The position numbers were made by a program, and so were the translations under genes. Source: Candidatus Methylomirabilota bacterium (GTDB lineage Bacteria > Methylomirabilota > Methylomirabilia > Methylomirabilales > 2-02-FULL-66-22). From it: a DNA stretch of 32,138 nucleotides. This document shows positions 1 to 7,992 of this stretch, piece after piece. The stretch is from assembly GCA_016209725.1 (NCBI GenBank), contig JACQVO010000116.1, positions 1-32,138 on the forward strand, written 5' to 3'. Every line of letters begins with the position of its first letter. Within the stretch, counting starts at the first letter, position 1. The notes beneath the pieces are model-generated. The model worked only from the letters and a program-made list of their open reading frames with translations, did not search any database and was not told where the DNA came from.

Positions 1-150
1 ATCCAGGAGTTGCTGGGCCACGCGCATCTGCGCACGACGCAGCGCTACACCCACGTCGGGCTGGACAAGGTGCTGGAAGTCTATGACCGTGCCCACCCGA
101 GAGCCCGGTCGGGTGGCAGGCGCCCCAGCCCGGCGCCGAGGGAGCCATGA
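1..150 (+). CDS. xerC: Tyrosine recombinase XerC/XerD family, C-terminal end (5' part outside the window)
   Basis: Frame 1 reads [33 protein letters not shown]... to TGA 148-150. LLGH..L.TTQ.YTHV is the His...Tyr catalytic box of tyrosine recombinases. The stop overlaps the hslV ATG (ATGA), matching the known xerC/codV-hslV-hslU synteny. Confidence 0.8.
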   Translation: MQELLGHAHLRTTQRYTHVGLDKVLEVYDRAHPRARSGGRRPSPAPREP

Positions 151-740
151 GAACACCCGGAGAGCTCCACCAGCCTGATGGCCAGGGGCATCCGGCACCG
201 GACCCGGGGCCCGTCCTGCGAAGCACAACCATCCTGTCCGTCCGGCACCGGGGACAGGCGGCCATCGCCGGCGATGGACAGGTGTCCTTCGGCGAGGTGG
301 TCATGAAACACACCGCGCGGAAGGTCCGGCGCATGTGCAACGACCAAGTCATCGCGGGGTTCGCCGGCGCGGCGGCGGATGCTTTCGCCCTCTTCGCGAA
401 GTTCGAGGCGAAACTGGAAGAGTTCAACGGCAACCTGCCCCGGGCCGCCGTGGAACTGGCCAAGGACTGGCGGATGGACCGCGCCCTGCGCCGACTGGAG
501 GCCCTGCTGGCCGTGGTGGACCGGGAGCACTCCTTGATCATCTCGGGGACCGGCGATGTGATCGAGCCGGACGATGGGATCATCGGGATCGGCTCCGGCG
601 GTGGGTACGCGGCCGCGGCCGCCCGCGCCCTGGTGAAACACTCGACCCTGTCGGCGCGGGAGATCACGGCGGAGGCGATGCGCATCGCCGCCTCGCTCTG
701 TGTGTACACCAACGACCAGATCACGATCGAGGAGCTGTAA
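147..740 (+). CDS. hslV: ATP-dependent protease subunit HslV (ClpQ)
   Basis: Track ORF 147..740. It contains [20 protein letters not shown] (N-terminal Thr nucleophile block) and GIGSGGGYA. The Thr codon lies at 225-227, 26 codons downstream of the only canonical start (see findings). Confidence 0.9.
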   Translation: MRTPGELHQPDGQGHPAPDPGPVLRSTTILSVRHRGQAAIAGDGQVSFGEVVMKHTARKVRRMCNDQVIAGFAGAAADAFALFAKFEAKLEEFNGNLPRAAVELAKDWRMDRALRRLEALLAVVDREHSLIISGTGDVIEPDDGIIGIGSGGGYAAAAARALVKHSTLSAREITAEAMRIAASLCVYTNDQITIEEL

Positions 741-742
741 GC

Positions 743-1069
743 GTGGCTGAAGTCAGGGCAGGCCTTCCTGAGAGCCTGGCCAAGGACGCGACCTTCCTGT
801 TCCCGGAGATGGACGTTGGCGAGCTTGATGTCCACGAGGACTGGAGGTACCTGCTTGGACGAGTGCTGGAATACGGCACCCTGGAGTCCGTGCGGTGGGC
901 GATGGACACCTACGGCCGGGAAAGAATCCGCGAGTTTATCCGAACGCGCGGGCTCCGGGTGCTGTCGAGAAAAACGGTGAACTACTGGGCGCTTCTGCTG
1001 GACCTCCACGACGAGGAATGCATCCAGAGATTCTTGACGGGCCCCAGAAATCCCTTCTGGCCCAACTAG
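743..1069 (+). CDS. Small helical protein, putative antitoxin/partner of the downstream AbiEii-type nucleotidyltransferase
   Basis: Same frame as track ORF 335..1069, but only the part after the hslV stop is plausible. GTG 743 is preceded by GAGGAG (729-734, 8-nt spacer); an alternative ATG is at 809. The product is 108 aa with balanced composition. WRYLLGRVLEYGTLESVRWAMDTYGRERIREFI...RKTVNYWALLL resembles, from memory, the DUF6922-type proteins usually found upstream of AbiEii-like genes. The 3' end overlaps the next CDS by 52 nt. Confidence 0.55.
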   Translation: MAEVRAGLPESLAKDATFLFPEMDVGELDVHEDWRYLLGRVLEYGTLESVRWAMDTYGRERIREFIRTRGLRVLSRKTVNYWALLLDLHDEECIQRFLTGPRNPFWPN

Positions 1070-1644
1070 AGCGCGGGGGGATTCCATCGGCCGTGTATTT
1101 GGCCGGGGGAACTGGCCTGGCTCTGCACCTCGGCCATCGGAGGTCCGTGGATCTCGACTTCTTCTCCTCGGAAGTATTCGAGGCCGAGGAATTGCTGACC
1201 GTTCTGCGACAGATTGGGGAGTTTCAGGTTCGTCGGAACGATCCGGGAACGCTGACGGCACGAGTCGAGGGGATTGAGGTGAGCTTCATTCGATACCTGT
1301 ATCCGATGCTCGATTCGCCGACCAAGCCGGAGTTTGCGCCGCCGATTGCTGGGCTCCGGGACATTGCGTGCATGAAGCTCTCGGCCATCATGGGTCGGGG
1401 GTCCAGACGCGATTTCGTGGACCTGTATGCGGTATGCCGGCAAGGGCACGGGCTGGGGGAAGTCTTCGGCTGGTTTCAGCAGAAGTACCATGGGATCACA
1501 TACGACCTGTACCACCTCGCCAGGAGCCTGGTCTATTTTCTGGATGCGGAAGAGGAGCGGATGCCGGTCATGCTCTGGCCCTGTCGCTGGGACGAGGTGA
1601 AGGCGTTCTTCACCGCCGAGTCCCGCCGCGTGTTCAGCGCCTAG
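1018..1644 (+). CDS. Nucleotidyltransferase, AbiEii/AbiGii toxin family (DUF1814-like), short form
   Basis: Internal ATG of track ORF 895..1644; the upstream part is R/G/P-rich shadow of the previous gene. The motif YLAGGTGLALHLGHRRSVDLDFFS is characteristic of AbiEii-type NTases. Product 208 aa. Confidence 0.8.
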   Translation: MHPEILDGPQKSLLAQLERGGIPSAVYLAGGTGLALHLGHRRSVDLDFFSSEVFEAEELLTVLRQIGEFQVRRNDPGTLTARVEGIEVSFIRYLYPMLDSPTKPEFAPPIAGLRDIACMKLSAIMGRGSRRDFVDLYAVCRQGHGLGEVFGWFQQKYHGITYDLYHLARSLVYFLDAEEERMPVMLWPCRWDEVKAFFTAESRRVFSA

Positions 1645-1701
1645 CTCCGTGGCCGGTTGTCGGTTGTCCGTTTTCCATTTTCAATTGAGGTGTAACCCGA
1701 C

Positions 1702-3045
1702 ATGGATCGTCTGACTCCCCGCCAGATCGTGGCGGAGCTCGATAAATACATCATCGGCCAGCACGACGCGAAGCGCGCCGTGGCCATCGCCCTCCGGAAT
1801 CGCTGGCGCCGGCAGAAGCTTCCCGCGGAGCTGCGGGACGAGGTCGCGCCGAAGAACATCATCATGATCGGCCCGACCGGTGTGGGCAAGACCGAGATCG
1901 CGCGCCGGCTGGCCCGGCTGGCCGAGGCCCCCTTCATCAAGGTGGAGGCCTCCAAGTACACCGAGGTCGGCTACGTGGGCCGGGACGTCGAGTCCATGAT
2001 CCGGGATCTGGTGGAGCTGGCGGTGAACATGGTCCGCGGCGAGAAGACCCGCCGGGTGGAGGAACGGGCGCGCGAGTTGGCGGAGGAACGCCTGCTGGAC
2101 CTTCTGCTGCCGTCGTCGCGGGTGGGGGCCTTCGGCCAGACGGTGGCGCCGGAGAGCGGCACCGCCCATGAGACCCGGGAGAAACTCCGGCAGCGGCTGC
2201 GGGAGGGCGCCCTGGATGACCGCACGGTGGAGGTGGATGTCGCCAATCGCGGCCTGCCCATGGTCGAGGTCCTCGGCGGGCAGGGCATGGAGGAGCTCCA
2301 GGAGAATCTTAAGGAGATGTTGGGGAACATCCTGCCCCAACGGACCAAGCGCCGCAAGGTGAAAATCAAGGAGGCGCACCGCATCCTGATGCAGGAGGAG
2401 GCGGACAAGCTGGTGGAGAAGGAGGAGGTGGTCAGCGAGGCCATTGCCCGCGTGGAGAATTCGGGGATCGTGTTCCTGGACGAGGTGGACAAGATCGCCG
2501 GACGCGAGCGGGCTCACGGCCCAGACGTGTCCCGGGAAGGGGTGCAGCGGGACCTGCTGCCCATCGTGGAGGGCTGCACGGTCAACACCAAGTACGGGCT
2601 GGTCCGGACGGACCACATTCTTTTCATCGCCGCCGGGGCCTTCCACGTCTCGAAGCCCTCGGACCTGATCCCGGAGATGCAGGGCCGGTTTCCCCTCCGG
2701 GTCGAACTCCCTAGCCTGACCCGCGAGGACTTCGAGCGCAACCTTACCGAGCCGGAGAAAGCCCTGACCAAGCAGTACACCGCCCTGCTGGCCACGGAAG
2801 GCGTGGGCCTGGAGTTCCTGCGAGACGCCATCCAGGAAATCGCCGCCATCGCCACCGCGGTCAACCAGGCCACCGAGAACATCGGTGCACGCCGCCTGTA
2901 TACCATCATGGAGCGGCTACTGGACGAGATCTCTTTCGAGGCCCCCCACATGGCAGGGGTCAAGGTGGCCATCGACGCCGAGCACGTGCGGCGGAAGCTG
3001 GCGAGCATCGTGAAGGACCAGGACCTCAGCCGCTACATCTTGTAG
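1702..3045 (+). CDS. hslU: ATP-dependent protease ATPase subunit HslU (ClpY)
   Basis: 447 aa. N-terminal [32 protein letters not shown], Walker [16 protein letters not shown], and C-terminal ...DLSRYIL. GAGGTG lies 10 nt upstream of the ATG. Confidence 0.95.
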   Translation: MDRLTPRQIVAELDKYIIGQHDAKRAVAIALRNRWRRQKLPAELRDEVAPKNIIMIGPTGVGKTEIARRLARLAEAPFIKVEASKYTEVGYVGRDVESMIRDLVELAVNMVRGEKTRRVEERARELAEERLLDLLLPSSRVGAFGQTVAPESGTAHETREKLRQRLREGALDDRTVEVDVANRGLPMVEVLGGQGMEELQENLKEMLGNILPQRTKRRKVKIKEAHRILMQEEADKLVEKEEVVSEAIARVENSGIVFLDEVDKIAGRERAHGPDVSREGVQRDLLPIVEGCTVNTKYGLVRTDHILFIAAGAFHVSKPSDLIPEMQGRFPLRVELPSLTREDFERNLTEPEKALTKQYTALLATEGVGLEFLRDAIQEIAAIATAVNQATENIGARRLYTIMERLLDEISFEAPHMAGVKVAIDAEHVRRKLASIVKDQDLSRYIL

Positions 3046-3098
3046 CGTCAGGGCCTGGGGCGATCCCCCTGGGCTGGCAGGACGGCTGGGGGCCGGGG

Positions 3099-3989
3099 AT
3101 GCTGGACTGGGGACAGGCTATGGCTCCGGATCCGAGCAGGGCAGAGATCATCATCGGGGCGTTGCCCTTCATCCGCGCCTTCAGCGGGAAGACGGTGGTG
3201 GTCAAGTACGGGGGCAACGCCATGCTGGACCCCCAGCTCACCACGGCGGTCATCCAGGACCTCATCCTGATGCGGCTGGTCGGAATGCAGCCGGTGGTGG
3301 TCCACGGGGGTGGACCACAGATCGATCAGGCCATGCAGGCTTCCGGGTCGCAGCCGCGATTCGTCCAGGGCCTGCGCGTCACCGACGCCGATACCATGCG
3401 CACCGTCGAGCGGGTCCTGGTGGGGGAGATCAACCAGGAGATCGTCGCCTGGATCCAGCGTCTGGGAGGCGCCGCCATCGGCCTCTCGGGAAAGGACGGG
3501 GGATTGATCCAGGCCCGGAAGGCCGGCCCGGCCAGGGCCCCCGATGGGCAGATGGTGGACCTGGGCCTGGTGGGCGACGTGGCCAGGGTGGAACCCCGGC
3601 CCATCCGGGCCCTCCAGGACGCGGGATACATCCCGGTGGTGGCGCCCACGGCCGGCGATGAAACGGGCGCCACCTACAACATCAATGCCGACCTGGTGGC
3701 GGGAGAAATGGCCGCGGCCCTGGTGGCCGAGAAGCTGGTGCTCCTGACCGACACCGACGGAATTCTGGATCGCCAGGGGCGGCTGCTCTCCACCCTGTCC
3801 CGGCAGGAGGTGGAGCGTCTGATGGCGGACGGGACCATCAGCCGGGGGATGTTGCCGAAGGTGCAGGCGTGTCTCACCGCCCTGAAGGCCGGGGTGCGCA
3901 AGACCCACATCATCAACGGAACCCGGCAGCACGCGCTCATCGAGGAGCTTCTGACCCCCGAGGGAGTGGGGACGGAGATCGTGGCATAA
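3099..3989 (+). CDS. argB: Acetylglutamate kinase
   Basis: KTVVVKYGGNAM and VVVHGGGPQI motifs of the amino-acid kinase family, in arg gene context. An alternative start ATG is at 3120. Confidence 0.9.
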   Translation: MLDWGQAMAPDPSRAEIIIGALPFIRAFSGKTVVVKYGGNAMLDPQLTTAVIQDLILMRLVGMQPVVVHGGGPQIDQAMQASGSQPRFVQGLRVTDADTMRTVERVLVGEINQEIVAWIQRLGGAAIGLSGKDGGLIQARKAGPARAPDGQMVDLGLVGDVARVEPRPIRALQDAGYIPVVAPTAGDETGATYNINADLVAGEMAAALVAEKLVLLTDTDGILDRQGRLLSTLSRQEVERLMADGTISRGMLPKVQACLTALKAGVRKTHIINGTRQHALIEELLTPEGVGTEIVA

Positions 3990-3992
3990 CCG

Positions 3993-4095
3993 GCGATCAG
4001 GCAGCCTGGCAACCAGGCAAGTGGGCGATCAGGCAATCAGGCACCCAGGGAACTCGGAGCCCCTGAGTGCCGAGTCGCCGGATTGCCTGATTGCC
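3993..4095. repeat. Nested hairpin built from 8-nt tandem units (GCGATCAG/GGCAATCA) directly after the argB stop
   Basis: gcgatcaggca at 3993-4003 and ggcgatcaggcaatcaggcac at 4024-4044. ggcaatcaggca (4032-4043) pairs perfectly with tgcctgattgcc (4084-4095). The loop holds a second inverted repeat, actcgg...ccgagt. Confidence 0.7.
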
Positions 4096-4134
4096 AGTCG
4101 TGAGAGCTGAAGGTCAAGGACTTGTACTGAACGG

Positions 4135-5346
4135 ATGAGGTGGGATGCTATGACCACACAGGAGCTTCTTGCGGCGTCGGCGAAGTACCTGGCCAACACC
4201 TACGCGCGCTTCCCCATCGTCCTGGAGAGGGGCCAGGGGGTGCGCCTGTGGGATTCCGACGGGAAGGAGTACCTGGACTTCGTCGGCGGCATCGCCGTGG
4301 ACGCCCTGGGGCATTGCCACCCGCGGATGGTCGAGGCCATCCGGACGCAGGCCGAGCGCCTCATCCACGTGAGCAACCTGTACCACATCGAGCCGCAGAT
4401 CCGATTGGCCCAATTGCTGTGCGAGCACTCCTTCGCCGACCGGGCGTTCTTCTGCAACAGCGGGGCCGAGGCCAACGAGGCCGCCATCAAGCTGGCGCGC
4501 AAGCACGCCAAGGACCACTGGAGCACGGACCGGTTCGAGATCATCGTCATGCGCCACTCGTTTCATGGGCGCACGCTGGCCACGGTGACGGCCACGGGGA
4601 ACGAGAAGTACTGGCACGGCTTCGAACCGCTGATGCCCGGCTTCAAGCACGTCCCGTACAACGACCTGAAGGCGGTGGAGCGGGCCATGGACTCCCGCAC
4701 CTGCGCGATCCTGGTGGAGCCCGTGCAGGGCGAGGGGGGAGTAAACGTCCCCGGCGACGAGTATCTCCCCGGGCTGCGGCGACTGTGCGATCAGGCCGGA
4801 GTCCTCCTGATCCTGGACGAGGTCCAGTCGGGCATCGGACGCACGGGGAAGCTGTTCGCCTACCAGCACTGGGGAGTGACGCCGGACATCATGACCCTGG
4901 CCAAGGCGCTGGCGGGGGGCATTCCCATGGGGGCCATGCTGGCCAAGGAGAGCGTGGCGGCAAGCTTCGTCCCCGGCTCCCACGCCTCGACCTTCGGTGG
5001 GACCCCGTTCGTCTCGGCCGTGGCCCACGCGGTGCTGAGCACCATCATCCAGGAGGATCTGCCGGGCCATGCCGCCCGCGTGGGGAAGTACCTCCTGGAC
5101 CGGTTGGTCGCGCTGCAGGAGAAGCATCGGGTCGTGACCACGGTGCGCGGCAGGGGGCTGATCCTGGGCATGGAGGTTTCGGTCCCCGCCCGGACCATCG
5201 TCTCCGGGTGCATGGAACGGGGGCTCCTGGTCCTGACCGCGGGCGACAACGTGGTGCGGTTCGTCCCGCCCCTCATCGTCACCGAGACGGACGTGGATCG
5301 GGCCGTCCGCATCGTAGAGGAAGTCCTGAACGGACTTCCTCATTGA
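4135..5346 (+). CDS. argD: Acetylornithine aminotransferase (class III PLP aminotransferase)
   Basis: LILDEVQSGIGRTGK and TLAKALAGG (PLP Lys region), in arg context. The probable true start is ATG 4150 (MTTQELL...). Confidence 0.9.
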   Translation: MRWDAMTTQELLAASAKYLANTYARFPIVLERGQGVRLWDSDGKEYLDFVGGIAVDALGHCHPRMVEAIRTQAERLIHVSNLYHIEPQIRLAQLLCEHSFADRAFFCNSGAEANEAAIKLARKHAKDHWSTDRFEIIVMRHSFHGRTLATVTATGNEKYWHGFEPLMPGFKHVPYNDLKAVERAMDSRTCAILVEPVQGEGGVNVPGDEYLPGLRRLCDQAGVLLILDEVQSGIGRTGKLFAYQHWGVTPDIMTLAKALAGGIPMGAMLAKESVAASFVPGSHASTFGGTPFVSAVAHAVLSTIIQEDLPGHAARVGKYLLDRLVALQEKHRVVTTVRGRGLILGMEVSVPARTIVSGCMERGLLVLTAGDNVVRFVPPLIVTETDVDRAVRIVEEVLNGLPH

Positions 5347-5347
5347 A

Positions 5348-6301
5348 ATGGAGCTCGTGATGAATCGCCATCTGGTCACGCTGGAGGATGTCACGCAGGC
5401 CGACGTCGAGGCGCTCTTCGACCTGGCGGCGTCCCTCAAGGCCAAGCAGCGGCAGGGCATCGCCCACCCGCTGCTCCAGGGGAAGACCCTGGCCATGGTC
5501 TTCGAGAAGCCGTCCCTGCGCACGCGGGTGACCTTCGAGGCGGGGATGACCCAACTGGGCGGACATGCCATCTATCTGGCGCCGGCCGACATCCGCCTGG
5601 GCCAGCGGGAGACGGTGCAGGATGCGGCCCGCAACCTGGAGCAGTGGGTGGACGGGATCGTCGCCCGCACCTTCAGCCACCAGATGGTGGAGCGCCTGGC
5701 CCTGTACTCCCAGATCCCCGTCATCAACGGCCTCAGCGACAGCCACCATCCCGTGCAGATCCTGTGCGACCTGTTCACCCTGTGGGAGAAGAGGGGGTCG
5801 CTGGCCGGCCGGCGGGTGACCTTCCTCGGGGATGGGAACAACGTCTGCCACTCCTGGCTTCAGGGGGCGGCCGCGCTGGGCCTGAGCTTCACGCTGGCCT
5901 GCCCGCCGGCATACGAGCCCGACCCGACGATCCTGGGCCGCGCCCAGGAACGCGCCAAAGCGAGCGGCGCCCGGCTGGAAGTGACCCACGACCCGCGGGC
6001 GGCGGTCCGGGAGGCGGATGTCCTCTACACCGACGTCTGGACCAGCATGGGCCAGGAAGAGGACCACGCGCAGCGTCTCCGCGACTTCCAGGGATTTCAG
6101 CTCGACCGCGCCCTCGTGGAGCAGGCCCGCCCGGACGTCCTGGTGATGCACTGCCTGCCGGCCCACCGGGGGGAGGAGATCACCGACGAGGTCATGGACG
6201 GCCCGCGGAGCATCATCTTCGACCAGGCGGAGAACCGCCTCCACATGCAGAAGGCGCTCCTGGTCAGACTCCTGGGACCCGGCGTCAGGGTGGTGAGCTA
6301 G
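5348..6301 (+). CDS. argF: Ornithine carbamoyltransferase
   Basis: Motifs SLRTRVTFE, HPVQILCDL, DVWTSMG and HCLPAHRGEE. An alternative start ATG is at 5360. Confidence 0.9.
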   Translation: MELVMNRHLVTLEDVTQADVEALFDLAASLKAKQRQGIAHPLLQGKTLAMVFEKPSLRTRVTFEAGMTQLGGHAIYLAPADIRLGQRETVQDAARNLEQWVDGIVARTFSHQMVERLALYSQIPVINGLSDSHHPVQILCDLFTLWEKRGSLAGRRVTFLGDGNNVCHSWLQGAAALGLSFTLACPPAYEPDPTILGRAQERAKASGARLEVTHDPRAAVREADVLYTDVWTSMGQEEDHAQRLRDFQGFQLDRALVEQARPDVLVMHCLPAHRGEEITDEVMDGPRSIIFDQAENRLHMQKALLVRLLGPGVRVVS

Positions 6302-6330
6302 TGTGGTGACTCCCAAATTCCATTACAATT

Positions 6331-6395
6331 CCGTTCACCCTGAGAGCTTGTCGAAGGGTGCGAAATCCGGGCTTCGACAAGCTCAGCCCGAACGG
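6331..6395. repeat. REP/MITE-like palindromic element, copy 1
   Basis: ccgttcaccctgagagcttgtcgaaggg (6331-6358) is an imperfect inverted repeat of cttcgacaagctcagcccgaacgg (6372-6395). The first ~45 nt are near-identical to 31794-31836. It generates the spurious peptide FDKLSPNG. Confidence 0.75.
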
Positions 6396-6476
6396 GCTTC
6401 ATGTAAAGCCTTTTCTGAGTCAGTACACTAGACGTCAGCGAATTACCGCTCCGGGTTCAAAGCATTCGACTGTTCT

Positions 6477-6549
6477 ACCGTTCGGTAGTTCGGCACGTAC
6501 GAGGTTGGCGGAACGGCCGAACCGCCGAACCGCCGAACTGCTGAACGCC
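6477..6549. repeat. Composite hairpin: GTTCGG x2, GTAC centre, then (GCCGAACC) tandem array
   Basis: accgttcggtagttcggcacgtac...ggccgaaccgccgaaccgccgaactgctgaacgcc. It has 8-nt periodicity and an inverted orientation of the two halves. The architecture matches 23921-23990. Confidence 0.75.
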
Positions 6550-6566
6550 TTTCGTCAGGTTGGAGG

Positions 6567-7370
6567 GTGACGGTGCGACTGACGGATAAAGCGGCCATGG
6601 TGACGGGTGGAGGGGCCGGGATCGGCCGCGCCATTGTGCTGGCTATGGCGCGGGAGGGCGCCGACATCGTCATCGCCGACCTCCGGCGGGAGGCCGCCGA
6701 AGCCGTGGCCAGGGAGGCGCAGGACCTGGGCCGGAAGGCGGCGGCGATCCGGGTGGACGTCGCCCAGGAGACCCAGGTGCAGCAGGCCATCGCGGACGGC
6801 ATCCGGCAGTTCGGGCACATCGATATCCTGGTGAACAATGCCGGGGTGACCCCGGGACTGGGCCTGCCTTTCACGCGCCAGGAGGAAGCCGACTGGGATA
6901 CGGTGTTCGATATCAACGTGAAGTCAGTCTTCTTCGCGTGCAAGGCCATCGCCCCGCACTTCATGCAGCGGCGGTCCGGCAAGATCATCAACATCGCCTC
7001 CATTGCCGGGCCGCTGTCCAGCTTGACCATGCCGTCTTACAGCGTCTCCAAGATGGGGGTGATCACCTTCACCCGGATCGTGGCCAAAGAGCTGGCGGCG
7101 TCCAACGTCAACGTGAACGCCATCTGTCCGGGCCTCCTCTGGACGGACATGTGGAAGAACATCGGTGAGGTGATTCGGGAGACGAATCCGGCGTACCGGG
7201 ACCTCACCCCTCGGCAGATGTTCGAAAAGCGCGTGGAGGAGTGGATCCCCTTGAAGCGGGAGCAGACGCCGGAGGATATCGGGCACGCCGCCGTGTTCCT
7301 CGCCTCCGAGGAGGCGCGCAACATCACCGGCCAAGCCCTGATGGTGGACGGCGGGGTGGTGATGCAGTGA
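6567..7370 (+). CDS. Short-chain dehydrogenase/reductase (FabG-like oxidoreductase)
   Basis: GTG start, 267 aa. TGGGAGIGRA Rossmann motif, NNAG, and YSVSK (YxxxK). Confidence 0.85.
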   Translation: MTVRLTDKAAMVTGGGAGIGRAIVLAMAREGADIVIADLRREAAEAVAREAQDLGRKAAAIRVDVAQETQVQQAIADGIRQFGHIDILVNNAGVTPGLGLPFTRQEEADWDTVFDINVKSVFFACKAIAPHFMQRRSGKIINIASIAGPLSSLTMPSYSVSKMGVITFTRIVAKELAASNVNVNAICPGLLWTDMWKNIGEVIRETNPAYRDLTPRQMFEKRVEEWIPLKREQTPEDIGHAAVFLASEEARNITGQALMVDGGVVMQ

Positions 7371-7375
7371 GAGAC

Positions 7376-7404
7376 TGTTCGGCGGTTCGGCTGTTCGGCG
7401 GTTC
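7376..7404. repeat. (GTTCGGCG/GTTCGGCT) tandem array, inverse orientation of the 6515-6549 array
   Basis: ctgttcggcggttcggctgttcggcggttc starts 5 nt after the SDR stop. Its reverse complement shares gccgaaccgccgaac with the array 17 nt upstream of the SDR start. Confidence 0.75.
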
Positions 7405-7504
7405 ATGAGATAGCAAAGGGACAAGAGATCGGGTAGTAGTAATCTTACTGAGGATGAGTTGTCTGGTGCCTCATTCTCCGAGAAATTGAAGGAGGTGGTC
7501 CTCC

Positions 7505-7783
7505 ATGCCCCGCCTGCAGACTCCTGAGGGCGTCCGCATTGAAGTTCCGTTTGAGTCGCTTTCAGCGCAAGTTGCGAAGCTCCCTGTTGAGTCGCTTTCA
7601 GCGCTAGTTGCGAAGCTCCCTCAGGGGAAGAAGCTTCGCCTCTTCAAGGAGCTCATGGCTGAGCCTGCTATTGAGGATTGGGTGCTCGAAATGAATCCGC
7701 GTATCAGGAAAGAGATTCGTACTGCGCTGCGCGAAGAAGTGGAAGACTACCGGACATTTCGTCGGCGAGTCGTGGCAAGGTGA
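7505..7783 (+). CDS. Putative type II antitoxin (orphaned), 92 aa
   Basis: ATG is preceded by GAAGGAGGTGG. The stop overlaps the GTG of the RelE/ParE remnant (GTGA). The region is AT-richer than its surroundings. No confident family assignment. Confidence 0.5.
   Translation: MPRLQTPEGVRIEVPFESLSAQVAKLPVESLSALVAKLPQGKKLRLFKELMAEPAIEDWVLEMNPRIRKEIRTALREEVEDYRTFRRRVVAR
7551..7622 (+). repeat. 36-bp in-frame tandem duplication inside the antitoxin-like ORF
   Basis: ttgagtcgctttcagcgcaagttgcgaagctccctg (7551-7586) versus ttgagtcgctttcagcgctagttgcgaagctccctc (7587-7622), 2 mismatches. It encodes FESLSAQVAKLP/VESLSALVAKLP. Confidence 0.9.
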
Positions 7784-7951
7784 AACCATACCACGTTGAG
7801 GTCACGAAAGGGGGGCAGAAGCAGATATCGGAACTTTCTCCGAAGGACTTCCGGCGGATTGACCGATTATCGGATCATCTATCAAGTGAATGACGAGTCG
7901 GCAGTTGTGAAGGTGCTTCGGGTCATGCACAGGCGAGAGGTTTACCGGTAA
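7780..7951 (+). pseudogene. RelE/ParE-family toxin remnant (internal deletion plus frameshift)
   Basis: Frame 1 from GTG 7780 reads VKPYHVEVTKGGQKQISELSPKDFRRI, a typical RelE/ParE N-terminus. Frame 2 (7865-7951) reads [28 protein letters not shown], a typical C-terminus. The ~30 central residues are missing and the two parts are out of frame. Confidence 0.75.
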
Positions 7952-7992
7952 CGAATCTTCTCGAGGCCGCAGCCAGGGTGGGGGTTGGAGGA

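Noticed and set aside
1-150. xerC-like recombinase as the integrase of an integrative element
   Set aside because: The gene is translationally coupled to hslV in the conserved housekeeping xerC/codV-hslVU arrangement. No att-like repeats or tRNA target are visible.
4114-6316. Minus-strand ORFs 4114..5571 (485 aa) and 5279..6316 (345 aa)
   Set aside because: They are antisense shadows of argD and argF, and are Arg/Gly/Pro/His-rich.
6358-6570. 70-aa ORF; likewise 31613..31927 (-) and 31819..32133 (+)
   Set aside because: They are composed of translated REP/MITE-like repeats (FDKLSPNG, PFDRLRVNG). They have no RBS and are not credible genes.
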